From Kiritimatiellia bacterium (GTDB lineage: Bacteria; Verrucomicrobiota; Kiritimatiellia; CAIVKH01): a DNA stretch of 64,000 nucleotides. Position 1 is the first letter of the stretch; every line of letters begins with the position of its first letter. The notes under the pieces are model-generated. The model did no database searches, was not told the origin of the DNA, and saw nothing but the letters and a program-made list of their open reading frames with translations. Shown here in pieces: positions 60,647 to 64,000 of this stretch. The stretch is from positions 19,334 through 83,333 of the forward strand of contig DAOLDL010000002.1 of assembly GCA_035327305.1 (NCBI GenBank), in the 5' to 3' direction. The translations under genes and the position numbers were made by a program.

Positions 60647-60752
60647 TATCGGCAAATTGCTGAATCCGCGGATTCGCATGATCACGCAACACGATTTTCA
60701 TCTCTATCTCGTTATGTGGCTATGACGGGTAACACAGAGAAAGGAAATCATC

Positions 60753-61220
60753 ATGAATACTTCGCTTGTAAAAGTATGGCTTGCCGCAAGTGTACTGGCA
60801 GGCTCTGCCGCACTTGCGCAAAAAGGCACGGGAATAGATGAAGGTATCGTGCGTCAGGGATTGATTCCAATCACACGATCCATAGCCGGCACATTGGAAG
60901 GCATCAAAACAGGACCTTGCAAAAACACCACCGGACGCGCCTACATCGGTTCGCATCTATTTCTACGAACACCCGAAAATGAATTGATAAATCTTCATCT
61001 TGGGCCGGCCAATTTCGTGGACGAATTCATATCCACACTTGCCACCGGACACATTGTTCGCGCAATAGCGTTTCAAACGGATAATCTGAAGGAAAACAAT
61101 TGGGTAGCAAAACAGGTGCGGGTAAATGATACGGAACTCCTGTTGCGTGATGATTCGTTTCGCCCATTATGGGCGGAGGGCAATCGCTCACCGCGTTTCA
61201 ACCGTAAATTCCGTTGGTAA
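60753..61220 (+). CDS. Hypothetical secreted protein (signal peptide, about 130 aa mature)
   Basis: N-terminal MNTSLVKVWLAASVLAGSAALAQ looks like a Sec signal peptide. No recognisable family. Confidence 0.5.
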   Translation: MNTSLVKVWLAASVLAGSAALAQKGTGIDEGIVRQGLIPITRSIAGTLEGIKTGPCKNTTGRAYIGSHLFLRTPENELINLHLGPANFVDEFISTLATGHIVRAIAFQTDNLKENNWVAKQVRVNDTELLLRDDSFRPLWAEGNRSPRFNRKFRW

Positions 61221-64000
61221 CACCGCTCTTCGGTACATGAACGTCCTGCGATCTGTCGACCAGATTCCGTTGCGTTTATGCGGGGGATTGGCAAGATATA
61301 ACCCGGTGTGTACCGAATAAGCGCCAGCGGCCATGTCATCAGGAACATGAAGAGTCTGCAACTCTACAATTCGCCCTTCATCCACGCGTGCAATGTTAAG
61401 CCGTTCGGATCCCAACACCCGGTCGCCTTGGAAAGCGGTTTTGCCATCACGGTCCTTGATGTGAACAAAAACCGCCCATGCCGTCATGTCCGTTGACCCG
61501 GGAATCACCCAGTGCCACCGCAAAATGACATTTTCGCCCGGTTTGGCAACAATCCTGTCAGGACGTACTCCAACCAGCCGGATGCCGTTAAAGAAACGTA
61601 CTGGTGTGAAATTATTAACCGGGGAAAATTGTTCGATTTTATCACGCAAGGCATATTCCAGACTATTTTCACCACGGATCATCGCGCATTCCGCAAGCAC
61701 AACCAAGGCAGGAAGATAATCGGGCCAGATAGCCAGAACCTTGCTTGCCAGATAGTGCGCGTCATCAACATGGCCGTCACGAAGGGATGACTCCGCCCGC
61801 TTACACATTTCATTGATCCATGGAAATGAAGGTGTTAACTGCGGACCGAATCCTCGCCAGATCATGGGCATTTCGCCCCTGTAAGTCTCATCGGCGTTCA
61901 CGAGATAAATCCGCCAGATTCCGACCTGGTGAAACTCGTATTCAAGTCCCAGTTTATCCAGCACACTGGCGGTAATCGCCTGATTTTCCTCACGCGAAAC
62001 CATGGCAAACGGTACATCCAGCACGATTCTGGCCGGCATACGTCGTGTCTCTTTAACCATTGCGACATCATCAAGTGAAAGCAACCAGCCATCAGGTCCG
62101 CGCAGATATAATTGATTGGCTTCCCAGCGGTCCGCATAAATTTTCCGGATGGAATGAGCTTTGAGGAACTCAATCAGCGGTTGAATATCCGGGGCAATTT
62201 GCGCCGCGGTGCGTTGCTCCGGACCCGGTGCGAATACATGGAATTCGGAAACCTGCACATAGGTATGCGTATCATCTTTATTGAACGTAATACGCATTGC
62301 CTCGATTTTACCAAAGGATTTCCATGTCTCAAGCCGGTCGAATCCGCCATGTGCGTAGGGTCTTGGACCGGACCAGTACCATTCCGTATACAACCAATTA
62401 TCAATGACGGTATGCCACGTGTCATCGCCGTGCCTGCGAACGTCCACCGATAAAAGTATGGGACGGAACGGCGGTTCGGCGATCCATCGGATTTTTGCGA
62501 CATCTGTCGGTTGTTCGAATTCAACAATCAACTGCTTCCCGCCATCGACGCGCGCGTTTTTCCAGTAAGTGGCTTTGTTGTGATCGGTCAGTCTATCCGT
62601 GATGTCGCTACCACTGACGGATTCGATGATTCTAAACCCATTGGTAACGGCAACCGGATGAATGGGCGAAGGTTTCAACCGGTGAGTCATCCAGAAACCG
62701 CGGACAAATCGAAACACATCAGCGGAGCCTCCGGTTTGTTCGAGAAAATCATGAATCAGTCGGAAGCGGTTCAAAAATGCCGGATATGACTCCATTTCCG
62801 CTTTCTGCAGATAAAAATACATGCGTTCTTGTAGCGGTATTTCGGTAAAACAGAATGCTTCATCGAAATAGAAATTCATGCCGAAACCGTATTCACGAAT
62901 ACTGTAATCTGCGTAAATGATATCGGTGTCCAATGATTCGAAGTAGGGACGCATGGCGTCGAGTTCGGCAAAATATGCATGCCTTTCCTGATACCATTTC
63001 CAACACACAGGGATAAATCGAACTTGCGGAACCAGTAGTACAATCAGAATAAGCCAGCCTAGGATTTTGGTTTTTCGGTTCAACACAGCGAGGGCATTTC
63101 CGGTGAGGACGGCAAGCGCGGGAAGTAGCGGAAGATAATAACGGGGGGGACCTATTTGTTCGGGTTTTCGCGCGTAAAAAAGCATGGCGACAACGACAAG
63201 CAACAATGCCGTCAGCAAATGCAAACGCGAAGCATCTTCACCACGTACCCGCCATGTGACAAGGAATCCGTAAATAATTGCCGCCAAGAATAACAATCCG
63301 ACAAGCCAGGACCAATCAACCATCGAATCCATCGCGGTATCCGCCATCGCTTTTGCGTAAAGGACAAGTCCCTTGGAAAAACTTCCGCTAGTTCCACTTC
63401 TGATAAATTTCAGCGACGCCCATTCATTCTGATAATTCCACAACCAAAACGGGAGACTTCCCGCGATAAAGGCGGCGGATACACCGCTCAACACAGGCAG
63501 TCGTAAACATTTGGTTCGGAAATGGAACAGAAACAGCATTGCCGTGGTTATCAATCCGGGTAAAACCAGAGGTCCAGACCACCAGGCCAGTCCGGCGACA
63601 AAACCCAGGGCCAGCATCCAATGAAATCCCGGGACGGAGTTGCGACCTCGATGAACTTCAATAATTTTCATGGCCAGCAACAATGTGGCGGTATTGAAAA
63701 ACGTCAGGGCGGCATAAGCCCCGAACGACCAGTTCATAAACTGCATGTATATGGGCGGCCCAATCGTTAGCAGGCCAAGCGCAAAAAGACCGGCGGTAAT
63801 CCCCCCTGCCCTTCGACCCCAGTACCAGATGAGGGGAATGATCGCGATGCCGAATAGCGCAGTACCCAGATTGCAGGCAAAATTCTTATCAATGGGTAAT
63901 CGGTAGAAAACTGCGCCGAAATAAGCTTCAAGACTGCCAAGATAAGCTTGTCCATAATACATCGCGGGGAATCGAACACCTTCGCTTATATGCTTGGCCA
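61188..64000 (-). CDS. GT39/ArnT-like (PMT_2 family) membrane glycosyltransferase with large C-terminal soluble domain; 5' end probably beyond the window
   Basis: N-terminal polytopic region typical of dolichyl-phosphate-mannose / ArnT-type transferases, plus about 600 aa of extra-membrane domain. The reading frame remains open upstream of the first Met (63962) to the window edge. Confidence 0.65.
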   Translation of the reverse strand, partial: AKHISEGVRFPAMYYGQAYLGSLEAYFGAVFYRLPIDKNFACNLGTALFGIAIIPLIWYWGRRAGGITAGLFALGLLTIGPPIYMQFMNWSFGAYAALTFFNTATLLLAMKIIEVHRGRNSVPGFHWMLALGFVAGLAWWSGPLVLPGLITTAMLFLFHFRTKCLRLPVLSGVSAAFIAGSLPFWLWNYQNEWASLKFIRSGTSGSFSKGLVLYAKAMADTAMDSMVDWSWLVGLLFLAAIIYGFLVTWRVRGEDASRLHLLTALLLVVVAMLFYARKPEQIGPPRYYLPLLPALAVLTGNALAVLNRKTKILGWLILIVLLVPQVRFIPVCWKWYQERHAYFAELDAMRPYFESLDTDIIYADYSIREYGFGMNFYFDEAFCFTEIPLQERMYFYLQKAEMESYPAFLNRFRLIHDFLEQTGGSADVFRFVRGFWMTHRLKPSPIHPVAVTNGFRIIESVSGSDITDRLTDHNKATYWKNARVDGGKQLIVEFEQPTDVAKIRWIAEPPFRPILLSVDVRRHGDDTWHTVIDNWLYTEWYWSGPRPYAHGGFDRLETWKSFGKIEAMRITFNKDDTHTYVQVSEFHVFAPGPEQRTAAQIAPDIQPLIEFLKAHSIRKIYADRWEANQLYLRGPDGWLLSLDDVAMVKETRRMPARIVLDVPFAMVSREENQAITASVLDKLGLEYEFHQVGIWRIYLVNADETYRGEMPMIWRGFGPQLTPSFPWINEMCKRAESSLRDGHVDDAHYLASKVLAIWPDYLPALVVLAECAMIRGENSLEYALRDKIEQFSPVNNFTPVRFFNGIRLVGVRPDRIVAKPGENVILRWHWVIPGSTDMTAWAVFVHIKDRDGKTAFQGDRVLGSERLNIARVDEGRIVELQTLHVPDDMAAGAYSVHTGLYLANPPHKRNGIWSTDRRTFMYRRAVLPTEFTVETR

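Noticed and set aside
1-64000. CRISPR arrays, tRNA/rRNA genes, IS elements
   Set aside because: No tandem direct repeats with unique spacers, no cloverleaf-compatible tRNA-like segments in intergenic regions, and no transposase-like ORFs or terminal inverted repeats were recognised by eye. The only recombinase is the truncated tyrosine recombinase at 50252..50935.

Overview
This 64 kb window reads as a gene-dense chromosomal segment (about 52% GC) from an anaerobic bacterium, probably strictly anaerobic; the phylum cannot be fixed from sequence alone. Nearly all genes are tightly packed, with many 4-nt ATGA stop/start overlaps. Order of content, left to right: htpG (3' partial), M42 aminopeptidase, bioA, feoAB, a conserved hypothetical, gdx/sugE, an SNF2-SWIM helicase, ruvC-yebC, an EF-G paralog and valS. 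A threonine/isoleucine biosynthesis operon follows on the minus strand (hom, an archaeal-type iPGM-like gene, lysC, cimA). It is preceded by what looks like a classic leader-peptide transcription attenuator: a 16-codon Thr/Ile-rich peptide plus an intrinsic terminator 23 nt before the hom ATG. Next comes a purine-catabolism-like cluster homologous to the E. coli ygfK/ssnA/xdh region (three-subunit molybdo-hydroxylase, two tandem amidohydrolases, a YgfK-like Fe-S flavoprotein). Divergent from it is a translationally coupled PFOR/DHOD-like flavoprotein/ferredoxin operon. The most unusual locus is an 11-gene operon that joins a complete Ech-type (group 4) energy-converting [NiFe] hydrogenase (echABCDEF) to a complete NAD(P)-linked bidirectional Hox-type (group 3d) [NiFe] hydrogenase (hoxEFUYH) through a flavin-reductase-like gene. 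After that come a zincin-like protein, rlmM, a truncated tyrosine recombinase, lexA with a perfect 16-bp palindromic candidate operator, DMT and CaCA transporters, an M23 peptidase, rlmD, polX, pntAA/AB/B, pgl, a small secreted protein and a large GT39/ArnT-like membrane glycosyltransferase (5' partial). No rRNA, tRNA, CRISPR array or obvious transposon was seen.
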